The notes: generated by a model from the letters alone, not told the origin. Numbered from the stretch's first letter, positions 9,705-20,216 are shown. The stretch is 64,000 nucleotides of DNA from Bernardetia sp. OM2101 (GCF_042180575.1 NZ_CP170094.1:1784604-1848603), one strand, 5' to 3'. Made by a program: numbers and translations.

Positions 9705-11441
9705 ATGCCTAATTTTTCCTTTACGTCAACAACAATATTTACTTTTTTACTTTTATTTCTCTGTCAAACTTCAAGTTTTGCACAGTATGACACACATTAT
9801 CTCAAAAGTGGAAATCAAGCATTGATACAAAAAAATTATGTACAAGCAGAAACCGATTACACAACTTCCTTAAAGCACAACAGCAGAAATATGGAGGCAT
9901 ATCTTCAAAGAGGAATCGCAAGATGGCACTTAGGAAAATATAAAGATGCTATTTCAGACTTGGACAGAACAATTTTATTCAATTATAAATTAGCTGAAGC
10001 AAATCTATGGAAAGGGAAAAGTTATTATTCAATGGATTCTTATAAAGAAGCGATTAGTTATTTTGATAAAGCCTTAGAATTAAATACCGATAAAAATTCT
10101 CAGATTAATTCAGAAATCTATGAATATAAAGGCTTTGCCTATCAAAAAATGAATAATTCAGATAAAACAGTAGAGAATTTTAGATTAGCTTTAGGAGAAG
10201 GAAGTACAAAATCAGCAGAGATAAATTACGAACTAGCTACAATTAATTATTTGAATAAAAATTACGAAGAAAGTCTAAAAAATCTCCAAAAAGCAAGACA
10301 ATTAGGACATCCAAACCGTGTAGAAATTGCAAAGAAGATAGTTGTTTTGGATAAACTTATTGCAGAAGAAAAGAAAGCAAATGAAGCAAAAGACGTAAAA
10401 TTTCATTTTCAAAACCCAAGTAACCTTACAGCAACTGTTTCAAATTCTTTTTTTGATTTGGAGGTTTGTTTGGAATCTGAATTGATGGTAAATGAAGTAA
10501 AAGTTTTTGTAAATAATAAAGAACAAGACCCAATTAGAGGACTTACTGTAACACCAAGTACGACATGTGCCATCACAGTAAAACGCAAAATTCCTTTACA
10601 AAATGGCTCAAATGAAATCCGTTTGGAAGCAACAACAGCACAAGGAACTTTTTATTCAGATAAAGCAAACGTTACTTTTACTTCGCCAAGTCGAACAGAA
10701 AATGCTATTGCTTCGATGCCAAAAGTTTGGGCAGTTGTGGTAGGTGTGGCAAGTTATACAGCAATGCCAACGCTGCGTTATTCAGATGATGATGCGTATC
10801 AAATGTATGCCTTTTTGAAAAGTCCAGAGGGTGGCGCACTTTCTGACAATCAAATAACACTTTTAGTGGACGAAAATGCAACAAAATCACAGATTATAAA
10901 TTCCTTAAATCAAAAATTTAGTGCAGCTTCTGAAAACGATTTAGTTATTTTTTATTATGCTGGACACGGCTTAGAAGGTAGTTTTATCCCTTATGATTAC
11001 AATGGAACAGAAAGCACAAAACTTTTGCACAAAGACGTTCAAGATATTTTTACAAGCTGCAAAGCAAAGAATAAATTATTTATTGCAGATGCGTGTCATT
11101 CGGGAAGTAGCAGCGAAAATTTACGTGGAAATGTAAAAGCAACAATGGATAAATATTATCAAGCTCTTGCCAAAACTTCTGGAGGAACGGCACTTATGAT
11201 GTCGTCAAAAGCAGAAGAAACTTCATTAGAAAATAAGACCATTCGCCAAGGTGTTTTTAGTTATTATTTGATTCGTGGTTTAAAAGGAGAAGCAGATTTT
11301 AATGCTGATAATATTGTTTCGGTAAGAGAACTTTTTGATTACGTACAAACACAAACTCGCCAGTACACAAACTACCGTCAGAATCCAGAATTATACGGAC
11401 TTTTTGATCCAAATATGCCGATTGGAGCTGTTAGGAAATAA
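9705..11441 (+). CDS. secreted TPR-repeat protein with C-terminal caspase-like (peptidase C14) domain
   Basis: 578 aa with a signal peptide (…SSFAQ) and TPR-like repeats. C-terminal His/Cys dyad motifs YYAGHGLEG and FIADACHSGS. Confidence 0.75.
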   Translation: MPNFSFTSTTIFTFLLLFLCQTSSFAQYDTHYLKSGNQALIQKNYVQAETDYTTSLKHNSRNMEAYLQRGIARWHLGKYKDAISDLDRTILFNYKLAEANLWKGKSYYSMDSYKEAISYFDKALELNTDKNSQINSEIYEYKGFAYQKMNNSDKTVENFRLALGEGSTKSAEINYELATINYLNKNYEESLKNLQKARQLGHPNRVEIAKKIVVLDKLIAEEKKANEAKDVKFHFQNPSNLTATVSNSFFDLEVCLESELMVNEVKVFVNNKEQDPIRGLTVTPSTTCAITVKRKIPLQNGSNEIRLEATTAQGTFYSDKANVTFTSPSRTENAIASMPKVWAVVVGVASYTAMPTLRYSDDDAYQMYAFLKSPEGGALSDNQITLLVDENATKSQIINSLNQKFSAASENDLVIFYYAGHGLEGSFIPYDYNGTESTKLLHKDVQDIFTSCKAKNKLFIADACHSGSSSENLRGNVKATMDKYYQALAKTSGGTALMMSSKAEETSLENKTIRQGVFSYYLIRGLKGEADFNADNIVSVRELFDYVQTQTRQYTNYRQNPELYGLFDPNMPIGAVRK

Positions 11442-11460
11442 AAATCAATTACGAATTACG

Positions 11461-11492
11461 AAAAACTCAAGCATTTTTGTTTGAGTTTTTTT
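11461..11492 (+). terminator. rho-independent terminator
   Basis: aaaactcaagcatttttgtttgagttttttt. A second short hairpin (aaccgtcgttgacggtt) lies at 11500-11516. Confidence 0.5.
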
Positions 11493-11536
11493 GTGTTTGT
11501 GAACCGTCGTTGACGGTTGGAATGTAGTTTAAATAA

Positions 11537-11917
11537 TTATTGCTCAATAATCAATGTTGTTTCATGATTATCGTTAGGATTCATTTTTGTTACTTTTATA
11601 TAGTAAATTCCTGCTTTCCGACTTTTAAACATAAATCTTTCCTCCCCACTTTTAAACTCAAATTCAAAATTTTGAAGGTTATATGGGGTTTCAGCCTCCA
11701 AAATTTCTACTTTTATTGCTTCCCCACCACCTTTAATTTTAAAAAAGTAGGTTGTATCCTCAGCAAATTCTTTTGTGATTTTATTTCCTTCTTTATTAAT
11801 TTGATGTGAGGAAATTAGTATAACCTTTGAGTTTTTTGTTATTGAATCTGAATGCAATTTACAACTTCCAAAAAAGCTAATTATTGCAATAAATAAGATT
11901 ACTTGTTTCAATTTCAT
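11537..11917 (-). CDS. small lipoprotein, hypothetical
   Basis: 126 aa with a lipoprotein signal (…FFGSCKL). No domain recognised. Confidence 0.4.
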   Translation of the reverse strand: MKLKQVILFIAIISFFGSCKLHSDSITKNSKVILISSHQINKEGNKITKEFAEDTTYFFKIKGGGEAIKVEILEAETPYNLQNFEFEFKSGEERFMFKSRKAGIYYIKVTKMNPNDNHETTLIIEQ

Positions 11918-11923
11918 AATGAT

Positions 11924-12742
11924 TTATTTTAAGTTTGTACTATCAGAACGATTGTGGTACACATTGATTATGGCTACACTATCTTTATGATTTATAGGAT
12001 TTATGATTGTCAAATAATAAATTCCTGTACTTTTGTTTTTAAAATCAAACTCTTTTTCATTGGTACTTGGAGTATATTCCATAATCAACTCTCTTCTACT
12101 ATTGTAAAAAAGAAAAGCTGCAATTCCTTTTTCAAAAGTATATTTATAGGTAACTCCTTTATAAAAAACACAAGTATATTGAGGATTTTCACTGTATGAA
12201 CGATACCATTTATGAGCTACATGATATTTTTTCGCAAATGTGTACTCTTCTTTATCATCAATTTGATTTTCTATATTTTGAGAAGCCACAACCAAAAGAG
12301 AAGATTTATTGACATGTTTTCCTTCTAATTTCAAATTATACTTCCCTGTATTCTTACAGTCAAAAATGATAGTTTTAGTACGATAAGAAGAATTTCCGTA
12401 GGCAATTTTATTTATTGCTATAACTTCTGATTGAGAATCAAGTAAAATCATATCAAAATAACGTTTAGAAAAATATTGAAATTTATACTTTTTTCCTTCC
12501 TGCAAACTCAATTCTAAAGTAGATTTTTTATTGATTTTGTAGATATTTTCTATTTCATAATCAGCTTGAATACTATTTTTAATTAACTCATTCTGTTTTT
12601 CCTCTTCTAAAACAATTTTGTAGGGTTTGCAACTTCCTAAAAAGGAAGTAATTAGAATAAAAAGGACTAAAATTTTGAGTTTCATAGGTATAGGTTTTAT
12701 AAAACAGAATTGAATAAACTTAAAAGTATAAAAAAAACTCAC
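11924..12742 (-). CDS. lipoprotein, hypothetical
   Basis: 272 aa with a lipoprotein signal (…FLGSCKPYK). Tandem with the preceding lipoprotein. Confidence 0.4.
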   Translation of the reverse strand: MSFFYTFKFIQFCFIKPIPMKLKILVLFILITSFLGSCKPYKIVLEEEKQNELIKNSIQADYEIENIYKINKKSTLELSLQEGKKYKFQYFSKRYFDMILLDSQSEVIAINKIAYGNSSYRTKTIIFDCKNTGKYNLKLEGKHVNKSSLLVVASQNIENQIDDKEEYTFAKKYHVAHKWYRSYSENPQYTCVFYKGVTYKYTFEKGIAAFLFYNSRRELIMEYTPSTNEKEFDFKNKSTGIYYLTIINPINHKDSVAIINVYHNRSDSTNLK

Positions 12743-12791
12743 TCATTTTAAGAAACAAGTGAGTTTTTGAGAAATAATTTTGAAGAATAAA

Positions 12792-13505
12792 TTATTTACG
12801 CCAAGGAATAAGTAATTTTTCTATTTCTGGTAAAAGATTCACATCGGCTGTACACATTTCTTCTGCACCACCATAAAATTTTTGAAAAAACACCTCAACT
12901 GTTCTGCGATATTGATCACCTTCGCCTGCCCAAAGTCTATATAACCCTGGTACAACAGCTCTAGGAACATACCCCATATCTTTCAAAATAGTCTGTGTAA
13001 CAGTATGCATCCCAGCACACCAGCCATACGCCATCTCAACACCTGAATCTTCAAATAACTTGTCGGCTGCATTCAAGATTTCAGTTCCCAAACCAGCAGC
13101 TTGATAGTCTTTATTAGTTGCGATAACTAATAATTCGCCTCTACGCAACATTTTCCACATCGTAATTATTAAAGCTGAGGCTATTTTTTTAGTCGCTACC
13201 TCTTCTATTACAATCAAAAAATTATTTCCTTTATTAAAAGCATCGCCTTCTCCTACAAAAGGAGCAAAACCACTAGGTGTAAAAAGTAATTCAAAATCAC
13301 AGCCTTTTAGTGCTGGAAAACCAGTTTTGTAGGCTTCTGATGCTCCTTCTAAGTCAGCTTCTGTGGCTTCACGAACAATAAAATTGCCGTCTAAAATTGT
13401 TTTTGATTCTAGCTTTGCCCAGTCTATTGGTTCACAACCTTGGCGTACTTGTACATCCTCAGGCATATCTAACCAAAGGCTATTCATAGATTTACGATTA
13501 TTCAT
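12792..13505 (-). CDS. GNAT-like acetyltransferase (tentative)
   Basis: 237 aa. Q-x-x-G-x-G/A-like motif DYQAAGLGTEIL in the context of an acyl-CoA N-acyltransferase fold. Weak call. Confidence 0.4.
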   Translation of the reverse strand: MNNRKSMNSLWLDMPEDVQVRQGCEPIDWAKLESKTILDGNFIVREATEADLEGASEAYKTGFPALKGCDFELLFTPSGFAPFVGEGDAFNKGNNFLIVIEEVATKKIASALIITMWKMLRRGELLVIATNKDYQAAGLGTEILNAADKLFEDSGVEMAYGWCAGMHTVTQTILKDMGYVPRAVVPGLYRLWAGEGDQYRRTVEVFFQKFYGGAEEMCTADVNLLPEIEKLLIPWRK

Positions 13506-13553
13506 GTCGTCATTAAAAATTTAAAGTGATAGAATATTTTAGTAATAGAAAGT

Positions 13554-13955
13554 TTATGAGATAAGCCACTCTGTTGCTTTATCAACATCATCAAAGAATC
13601 GAACAGCAAAACCTCCAGAAGTTTCTTCTTCCATAAGTTGTTCCATGGCTACTTGAGAAAATATATCTGGAGATTCTACCATGGCAGCCTGTTCTACTCC
13701 CAACTCAATACATTTAGGAAATATATTTTGAGCATGCCATTCTTGTAACTCAGGAACAATAATATATTTCATTTCTTGATTGTTTACCAATGCCTTTTTA
13801 GGTCTATATTTTTTAAAAAATTCAAGATAAGTGAACATTTCTTTTTTAAATGTCTCTGTTGTAAAATCCTCACTAGCTGGTTTAAAAATATGTGAGAAGA
13901 TAGAGTGTTCTTTATCATAGTCAAAAGTAGAATAGTCGCTTTCGTAAATAATCAT
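13554..13955 (-). CDS. hypothetical protein
   Basis: 133-aa ORF with good coding appearance. No motif recognised. Confidence 0.35.
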   Translation of the reverse strand: MIIYESDYSTFDYDKEHSIFSHIFKPASEDFTTETFKKEMFTYLEFFKKYRPKKALVNNQEMKYIIVPELQEWHAQNIFPKCIELGVEQAAMVESPDIFSQVAMEQLMEEETSGGFAVRFFDDVDKATEWLIS

Positions 13956-14063
13956 AACTAAACAGAAATTTAAGTGAAAAAATTATAAAATCAATCTAAA
14001 TATAATACAAATTATGAAATAAAGCTTTGACTTTCTATATTTTTCACAAATAATTTACAACTT

Positions 14064-15167
14064 TCAAAAACTCATAGCCAAAGAAGTTCCCAAAAACTGA
14101 TTTGTAGAAACTAAATCATTATTTTTTACAAAAAAATTGTCTTGACTATTCAAATTGCGATATTCTACACGCCAAAGCAGATTTTTAGTAACATTATAAT
14201 CAAAGTTGATAGAAAAACCTGTCATTTGAAAGCCATTTTGAGTTGTTTTTGGAATAATAACTCCTTCTTTATCATTGTAATGTTCTATTCGTGTAGCTAA
14301 AGAAATTTTTTCATTAAAATTATATTTTGCTATCAAAATCGGCGAATACCACGTATTATATTCTGAACTTCCTTTCTCTTTTTGCTCTACTCCAACATCA
14401 AATCCTGCAATAACTCCAAACTTGTCAGAAAAATCAATTTGTGTATAAAAATTATGAAAATAACGCATCTTTTTCTCTGCCGTTGGATAATCATTTCCTA
14501 TAAAAGAGCTACTATTAAACAAAACTTTCTCAGTTGGAGTAAAGGTAATTTGATGCCCAAAAGCAAGGGTTTGATTTCCTTCTACTCGCTGAATGCGCTG
14601 CCAACCGTTGAGTAAAAGTCCAGACAAAAACCATTTTTCATTATCCGAAGTATAAGAGATTTTGATTCCACTTTCATAATACGGCGAATTTTCAGCCAAA
14701 ATACTACGTGTCATATTCCAACAACCTTTTCCAACAGCACTTTCAAAACCAATATGCGAACTAAAAATACCTGCATCAATCCACAGGTTTTTAGTTTTTG
14801 AAAGTTTTACTCCTGCGTATGCTTCATAAATATTTCTCAAAACACCTTCTTCGGCTGCTAGATTTATATTTGAGTATGTTCCTGCCATAAGTGCAAGTCT
14901 TGCACGAACTTTTTCGGTTTCATAATCAGCTTGAATCAATCCTAAATTTAAAGCCAGTTCGTTATGACGATGATAAGCATAAAAAAAGGCTGGACGAATA
15001 TGACTTTCAGGTTCATTAAAATCATAAATATAATACGTTTCTAAATATGCACTAAATTTGACTTTTGATAGTGGTTTATCCAAATTTTCTACCTTTGTAG
15101 TGTCATTTTGAGCAAAAACAGTAAATGAAAATGAGAGAAATAGAAAAAATAAAATAAATTGTCGCAT
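14064..15167 (-). CDS. outer-membrane beta-barrel protein (porin-like)
   Basis: 367 aa with a signal peptide. Alternating amphipathic beta-strand pattern. C-terminal residue is Phe (…LAMSF), typical of OM barrels. Confidence 0.55.
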   Translation of the reverse strand: MRQFILFFLFLSFSFTVFAQNDTTKVENLDKPLSKVKFSAYLETYYIYDFNEPESHIRPAFFYAYHRHNELALNLGLIQADYETEKVRARLALMAGTYSNINLAAEEGVLRNIYEAYAGVKLSKTKNLWIDAGIFSSHIGFESAVGKGCWNMTRSILAENSPYYESGIKISYTSDNEKWFLSGLLLNGWQRIQRVEGNQTLAFGHQITFTPTEKVLFNSSSFIGNDYPTAEKKMRYFHNFYTQIDFSDKFGVIAGFDVGVEQKEKGSSEYNTWYSPILIAKYNFNEKISLATRIEHYNDKEGVIIPKTTQNGFQMTGFSINFDYNVTKNLLWRVEYRNLNSQDNFFVKNNDLVSTNQFLGTSLAMSF

Positions 15168-15197
15168 CTTTTTTTGATTTTTGGGGTTGTATAGGAA

Positions 15198-15233
15198 AAT
15201 TACGGATTACGGATTACGGATTACGGAATTATA
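15198..15233. repeat. heptanucleotide microsatellite (ATTACGG)x4
   Basis: aaattacggattacggattacggattacggaatt, located 31 bp upstream of the porin-like gene start. Confidence 0.8.
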
Positions 15234-15353
15234 AGCAATCTGATTCAAAAATAGTCCATAGTTAAAGAAAATAGTAGATTTTTATAAAAGAAACAACTAA
15301 AAAACCTCTCTGACGGTTTCATTTGAACCTCAACGACGGTTGAAAAACACATT

Positions 15354-16997
15354 ATGCAAAACAATTATTATTTCATTCGTGCGCTTTCTTTGGAACTTTC
15401 AAAGCAGATTATCGGATTAGAAATTGCGACTATTTTTTCGCAAAATAAAGATGAATTATTGATAGGATTAATTGATAATAACAATCCAGAAACAGAATTT
15501 TGGATTCGTGCTACCTTTACCCCCGAACTAACAACACTTTCTTTTCCTCAAACTTTTGCACGAGCAAAACGAAATAGCATCGACCTTTTTGATTCTATTA
15601 TCGGAACAAAAATCACAAGTATTCGTCAGTTTAATAATGAACGAGCTTTTGGGATAGAACTAAAAAATGATAAAAACGAAGATTTTACTTTGTTATTCAA
15701 ATTATTTGGCAACCGTTCAAACATTATTTTATTTTCTCAAGATGAGAATTCAAAAAGTGAAAATTCAGAACAAGAAATTGAAGCTATTTTTCAACATAAG
15801 CTACAAGCCGATTGGGAAATTATTTATGAAGATTTGGATAGAAGTATAGAACAGGAAAAAGAAGATTTTATAGAAAATGGAATCAAGAAAACCTTTCCTA
15901 CTTTTGGAAAAGATGTTTTGACGTATTTGAAAAGCAAGGTAGGCAATAAAGTAGAAAATGCAGAAGACAGAGAAAATTATTGGAACGAAATCGAAAAATT
16001 AATTACTTATTTTGATGAGATAGAAAAGCTAGACTTTTATGTTTTCTTGAAAAAGAATGAAGTAAAATTATCTATTCTTAATCCAAAAGAGTTTATTAAA
16101 GATGCTGAAATTCTACACAAAACAGACAATGCCATTGAAGCATGTAATTTGTTTTACATGGAATTTTCAAGGCGTTATTATTTAGGCAAAGAAAAAAATG
16201 CAGCACTTAAAGCCATAGAAAAACGTCATCGCCAAACTCAAAACTATATAGACAAGACACTCAAAAAGATAGAAAAAGTAGAAAATACGATGCGTTACGA
16301 AGAATTTGGACATATTTTGATGGCAAATCTTCACGCTGTAGAACCTCGCTCAAAATCAGTAGAGCTTTTTGATTTTTATACCAACAAGCAAATCACAATT
16401 CCATTAAAAGACCATTTATCAGCACAAAAAAATGCAGAGCTTTTTTATAGAAAAGGAAAAAATCAAAAACTAGAAATTGATAATTTGTATCAAAATTTAG
16501 ATAAAAAAGAAGAGCAATTACGCCTTTTTGAAAGGCAGTTGGAGGAGATAAATAATTTTGAATCGCTCAAAGAAATGCGAAAGTTTTTGAAGGATAATAA
16601 AATTAAGGTAACCAATTTACAAGAAAACGAACCCGATGAATTACCTTTTAAAGTTTTTGAATATCAAGATTTTCAGATTTTGGTAGGAAAAAATTCTAAA
16701 AACAACGACTTACTTACTCAAAAATATGCTTACAAAGAAGATTTATGGCTTCATGCTCGTGGCGTAGCAGGTTCGCATGTCGTGATAAAATATAGAGCAG
16801 GAAAACCATTTCCAAAATCGGTCATCGAAAAAGCAGCCAGTTTAGCAGCCTATTATTCCAAGCGAAAAACGGATTCGCTTTGTCCTGTCATCGTAACACC
16901 TAAAAAATATGTCAGAAAACCAAAAGGAGCAGCACTTGGCGCAGTTGTCGTGGAAAGAGAAGATGTGGTAATGGTTGAACCGAAAGGATTTGAGTAA
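15354..16997 (+). CDS. NFACT-family RNA-binding protein (FbpA/RqcH-like ribosome quality control factor)
   Basis: 547 aa. C-terminal NFACT-R/DUF814 signature …LWLHARGVAGSHVVIKY…CPVIVTPKKYVRKPKGAALGAVVVE…. Confidence 0.75.
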   Translation: MQNNYYFIRALSLELSKQIIGLEIATIFSQNKDELLIGLIDNNNPETEFWIRATFTPELTTLSFPQTFARAKRNSIDLFDSIIGTKITSIRQFNNERAFGIELKNDKNEDFTLLFKLFGNRSNIILFSQDENSKSENSEQEIEAIFQHKLQADWEIIYEDLDRSIEQEKEDFIENGIKKTFPTFGKDVLTYLKSKVGNKVENAEDRENYWNEIEKLITYFDEIEKLDFYVFLKKNEVKLSILNPKEFIKDAEILHKTDNAIEACNLFYMEFSRRYYLGKEKNAALKAIEKRHRQTQNYIDKTLKKIEKVENTMRYEEFGHILMANLHAVEPRSKSVELFDFYTNKQITIPLKDHLSAQKNAELFYRKGKNQKLEIDNLYQNLDKKEEQLRLFERQLEEINNFESLKEMRKFLKDNKIKVTNLQENEPDELPFKVFEYQDFQILVGKNSKNNDLLTQKYAYKEDLWLHARGVAGSHVVIKYRAGKPFPKSVIEKAASLAAYYSKRKTDSLCPVIVTPKKYVRKPKGAALGAVVVEREDVVMVEPKGFE

Positions 16998-17062
16998 TTT
17001 TTTTTGTGGTTTATATGCCGTTCTTTAATAAAATTTAAGCACAATCTAAAAACAGTATTACA

Positions 17063-19981
17063 TTGGTTAAAAATATAGCTTTATTATTCTTTTTGTCTAT
17101 TTCATTTTTAACACAAGCACAAGAACCTGTATCTATACACCTTTCAGAAAAAAGTGGACTACAGTATAAAGAGTTCTATGATATCTTTGAGGATGATGAG
17201 GGTTTTATTTGGCTATGTGCAAATAAGGGATTACTTAGATATGATGGTAGAGAATTCAAATTATATAAACACTCAAAACAACGGGGATTATCCGTTTTTG
17301 GAGTAAAACAAGACAGTTTAGGACGTATTTGGTGTCAGAATATTTCAGGACAATTCTTCTATGTACAAGATAATGAAATGCACTTATTTATAGATGTAAA
17401 AGAACACTTAAAAGGAGAGTTACCCAGCTTTATCATTAATAATAATTCTTTATTGCTTTTTTGTGGGTCTAAAATTTATAAAATAAATCTAAATACTAAA
17501 CTTATAGAAGTTCCTTGGATCAATAATAGTAGTGTCAGTAGTCCTTTAGAAACGCACGAGGGTATATTCTTTACCAATGAAGATTCTTTAGTACACATCT
17601 CTCCAAAAGGTAATTTTGAAAAAATACTATCTACTCATCTTCCAGCAAAAAGTAAAAATGGAGAAACAATTACTTTTGGAAAGGCGAAAATTTTTAAAAG
17701 CACTTCATCACTCTTTTTATTAGAATCTAGGTTTGGTTTAAATACTTTTTTTCGTTTTAATATTTCGAAGAAAAATCTAACTAAGATGAAAGGTGTTGAG
17801 ACTTTAGAAGATAAAATAATATATACTAGTTTTGATAATAAAAATGAAATTTGGTTTGGCACAAACCATGGCGTTTGGATTTATGAAATTAAAAACGACC
17901 AATTTCAATTTAAAAAGCAATTTCTCAAGGATAAAAAAATCTCTAAAATAGTAAAAGATCAAGAAGGTAATTATTTCTTTACAACATTACACAATGGGAT
18001 TTATGTAATCCCCAATATGCATATCGAAGACTGCCAAATTTCAGAAGAAAACAAAAATATAAATAGTTTAGACATCATAAATGATAACACTTTAGTTTTT
18101 GGAACAAATGCTGGAAGTGTAGGAATTTATAATACAACAACAAATAAACATACACACATAGAAACAGGAACAAAAGGACATGTTTCTACACTTAAATACC
18201 ATAAAAAAACCAATGTCATTTTTATAAGTAAATCTTACTCTGCCTTTACATTAAACTATAATAATTTTGAATTAAAGAAGGTTAAAACTAGAGGTTTTCT
18301 TAATGCAAAAAGTCTAACAATATTAAAAAATGATGATTTGCTTTTAACAGATTACAAGGCTGTAAGAGTATTTAAAGAAGGTAATCTTGATAATGATACT
18401 CTTATTTATAGCAAAAGAACTTATGCATCACATTATAATAAAGATAAAAATGAAGTTTATATAGCATTCGTAGATAATTTAGTAAAATATGATAGTGCTT
18501 GGAATCCTACAGTTATTCAACACAAAAACAAGGCTCTTTTAGGTAAATCAATAACACAAATGTCTAATGGAATAGTGTGGTTTGCAAGTTTAAAAAATGG
18601 CATCTATGGAATTAAAAATGATTCTATACTATATCATTATACTACCAAAAATGGATTAATGTCTAATAATATAGAGCAAATTGAGGCAGATAAAAATACA
18701 TTATGGATAGCTTTAGATAATAGTGTGCAAATATTTGATTGTGCAACTCAAAAATTTAAGACATTAACTAAAAGAGACGGTATTATATCGTATGATATTT
18801 CTGGTATAGAAATCCTAAAAAATAAAGTATATCTTTCCTCAGATGAAGGATTATTATCCATAGATAAACGCCAACCATTTAAAAAACAAAATAATGAAAT
18901 ATATTTTAATGCTTTCGAAATAAATGATAGAGACACATTAGTTACCTCAATTTATAAATTAGCTCATGACCAAAATACAATTAAGATTGGTTTTAATGTG
19001 AATGGCTTCTCCTTTAATCATAAAGGAAGATATAAATACAGATTAAAGGGACTAAATGATAATTGGTTAAGTACTGACATGGGAATTAATTCTGTGAAAT
19101 ATAATAGTTTACCAGCAGGTAATTATACATTTCAAGTACAACCTGTTTTAGAAAATCAAACCGAGAATGGAGTTATAAAAGAACTTTTGATTGTGATATA
19201 CAAACCTTTTTGGCAAACATGGTGGTTTAGACTAGGAGGGCTTATACTAATTTTTGGAGGTACTGTTCTGTTCTTCAAAAAGAAAATTAGAAAGAAAGAA
19301 AAAGAACGTATTGCCGAGTTGGAAAAAATATCTTTAGAAAAAGAACTCATGGCTATAAACTTAACAGCATTGCGTTCACAAATGAATCCTCATTTTATTT
19401 TCAATGTCTTAAACTCTATTCAAGATTTAATACTACAAAAAAACACAGAGGCTTCTTATGATTATATTGTCACTTTTTCAGAATTAATACGCAATGCGTT
19501 AAGCTATTCCAATGAAGATTTTATTCCTATAGAAAAAGAATTGAAATTTTTAAATGTTTATTTGAAATTAGAAAAACTCCGATTTGGAGATACATTTAAT
19601 TATACTGTTAATTCTGATATCCAAGAGTTAATAAAAGTTCCTTCTTTATTGATACAACCTTTTATAGAAAATGCCTTAGTTCATGGCTTAATGCATAAAA
19701 AAGGAGAAAAAGAATTAAATATTAGCTTTGAATTTAAGGAAGAGTGTTTAAAATGTATCATTACCGATAATGGAATAGGACGAAAAAAGGTAAATGAAAT
19801 ATACACTCGTCAGAAGAATAAAAACGAATCATTTGCATTATCAGCTATCAAAAAAAGATTAGATATTTTTAAAAAGAAATACAATAACAATCTCGGCTAT
19901 GTTATTGAAGATTTATATAGTCATGAAAAAGATACAGGTACAAAAGTAATTTTGACATTACCATTTGACTATGATTTTTAG
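17063..19981 (+). CDS. sensor histidine kinase with periplasmic beta-propeller/Y_Y_Y region and LytS-type kinase core
   Basis: 972 aa with a signal peptide. One TM helix (WWFRLGGLILIFGGTVLFF). His_kinase motif NPHFIFNVLNSIQ and a C-terminal HATPase region. Confidence 0.8.
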   Translation: MVKNIALLFFLSISFLTQAQEPVSIHLSEKSGLQYKEFYDIFEDDEGFIWLCANKGLLRYDGREFKLYKHSKQRGLSVFGVKQDSLGRIWCQNISGQFFYVQDNEMHLFIDVKEHLKGELPSFIINNNSLLLFCGSKIYKINLNTKLIEVPWINNSSVSSPLETHEGIFFTNEDSLVHISPKGNFEKILSTHLPAKSKNGETITFGKAKIFKSTSSLFLLESRFGLNTFFRFNISKKNLTKMKGVETLEDKIIYTSFDNKNEIWFGTNHGVWIYEIKNDQFQFKKQFLKDKKISKIVKDQEGNYFFTTLHNGIYVIPNMHIEDCQISEENKNINSLDIINDNTLVFGTNAGSVGIYNTTTNKHTHIETGTKGHVSTLKYHKKTNVIFISKSYSAFTLNYNNFELKKVKTRGFLNAKSLTILKNDDLLLTDYKAVRVFKEGNLDNDTLIYSKRTYASHYNKDKNEVYIAFVDNLVKYDSAWNPTVIQHKNKALLGKSITQMSNGIVWFASLKNGIYGIKNDSILYHYTTKNGLMSNNIEQIEADKNTLWIALDNSVQIFDCATQKFKTLTKRDGIISYDISGIEILKNKVYLSSDEGLLSIDKRQPFKKQNNEIYFNAFEINDRDTLVTSIYKLAHDQNTIKIGFNVNGFSFNHKGRYKYRLKGLNDNWLSTDMGINSVKYNSLPAGNYTFQVQPVLENQTENGVIKELLIVIYKPFWQTWWFRLGGLILIFGGTVLFFKKKIRKKEKERIAELEKISLEKELMAINLTALRSQMNPHFIFNVLNSIQDLILQKNTEASYDYIVTFSELIRNALSYSNEDFIPIEKELKFLNVYLKLEKLRFGDTFNYTVNSDIQELIKVPSLLIQPFIENALVHGLMHKKGEKELNISFEFKEECLKCIITDNGIGRKKVNEIYTRQKNKNESFALSAIKKRLDIFKKKYNNNLGYVIEDLYSHEKDTGTKVILTLPFDYDF

Positions 19982-20083
19982 ATGATGTGATGGTTGGAGT
20001 TATCCGAAGGAGTTTGATTAGTTAGGAATTGGGGAATAGAGATCGGGAATTAGGAAATGACTGTTTTTAGGTAAATCAAATAC

Positions 20084-20135
20084 TGTCACCAGTGGTGACA
20101 CAATCAGTTTTTATAAAACTCGCACCAGTGGTGCG
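20084..20135. promoter_or_regulatory. two tandem hairpins sharing the CACCAGTGGTG core upstream of the ROCO-TIR gene
   Basis: tgtcaccagtggtgaca at 20084-20100 and cgcaccagtggtgcg at 20121-20135. Each has a 6-7 bp stem and 3-nt loop, with centres 36 bp apart. Confidence 0.5.
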
Positions 20136-20216
20136 ATAAATTGAAGACAAAAAATTATTACAATTAAAAAAGAAATAGTATTTTAGTGAGATAAAAAATA
20201 CTTACTCAATAAGAAC

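Noticed and set aside
11491-15350. Shared caacgacggttg motif (11496-11516 and 15333-15345), possibly related to hairpin A
   Set aside because: The similarity is short (12-mer) and the relationship to the A element is weak. It is noted but not called as a repeat family.
20022-20058. Heptamer tract as part of the ROCO-TIR promoter
   Set aside because: The tract is highly degenerate (ggaattggggaatagagatcgggaattaggaaatg), so it is recorded only as a relic member of the heptamer family and not as a feature.
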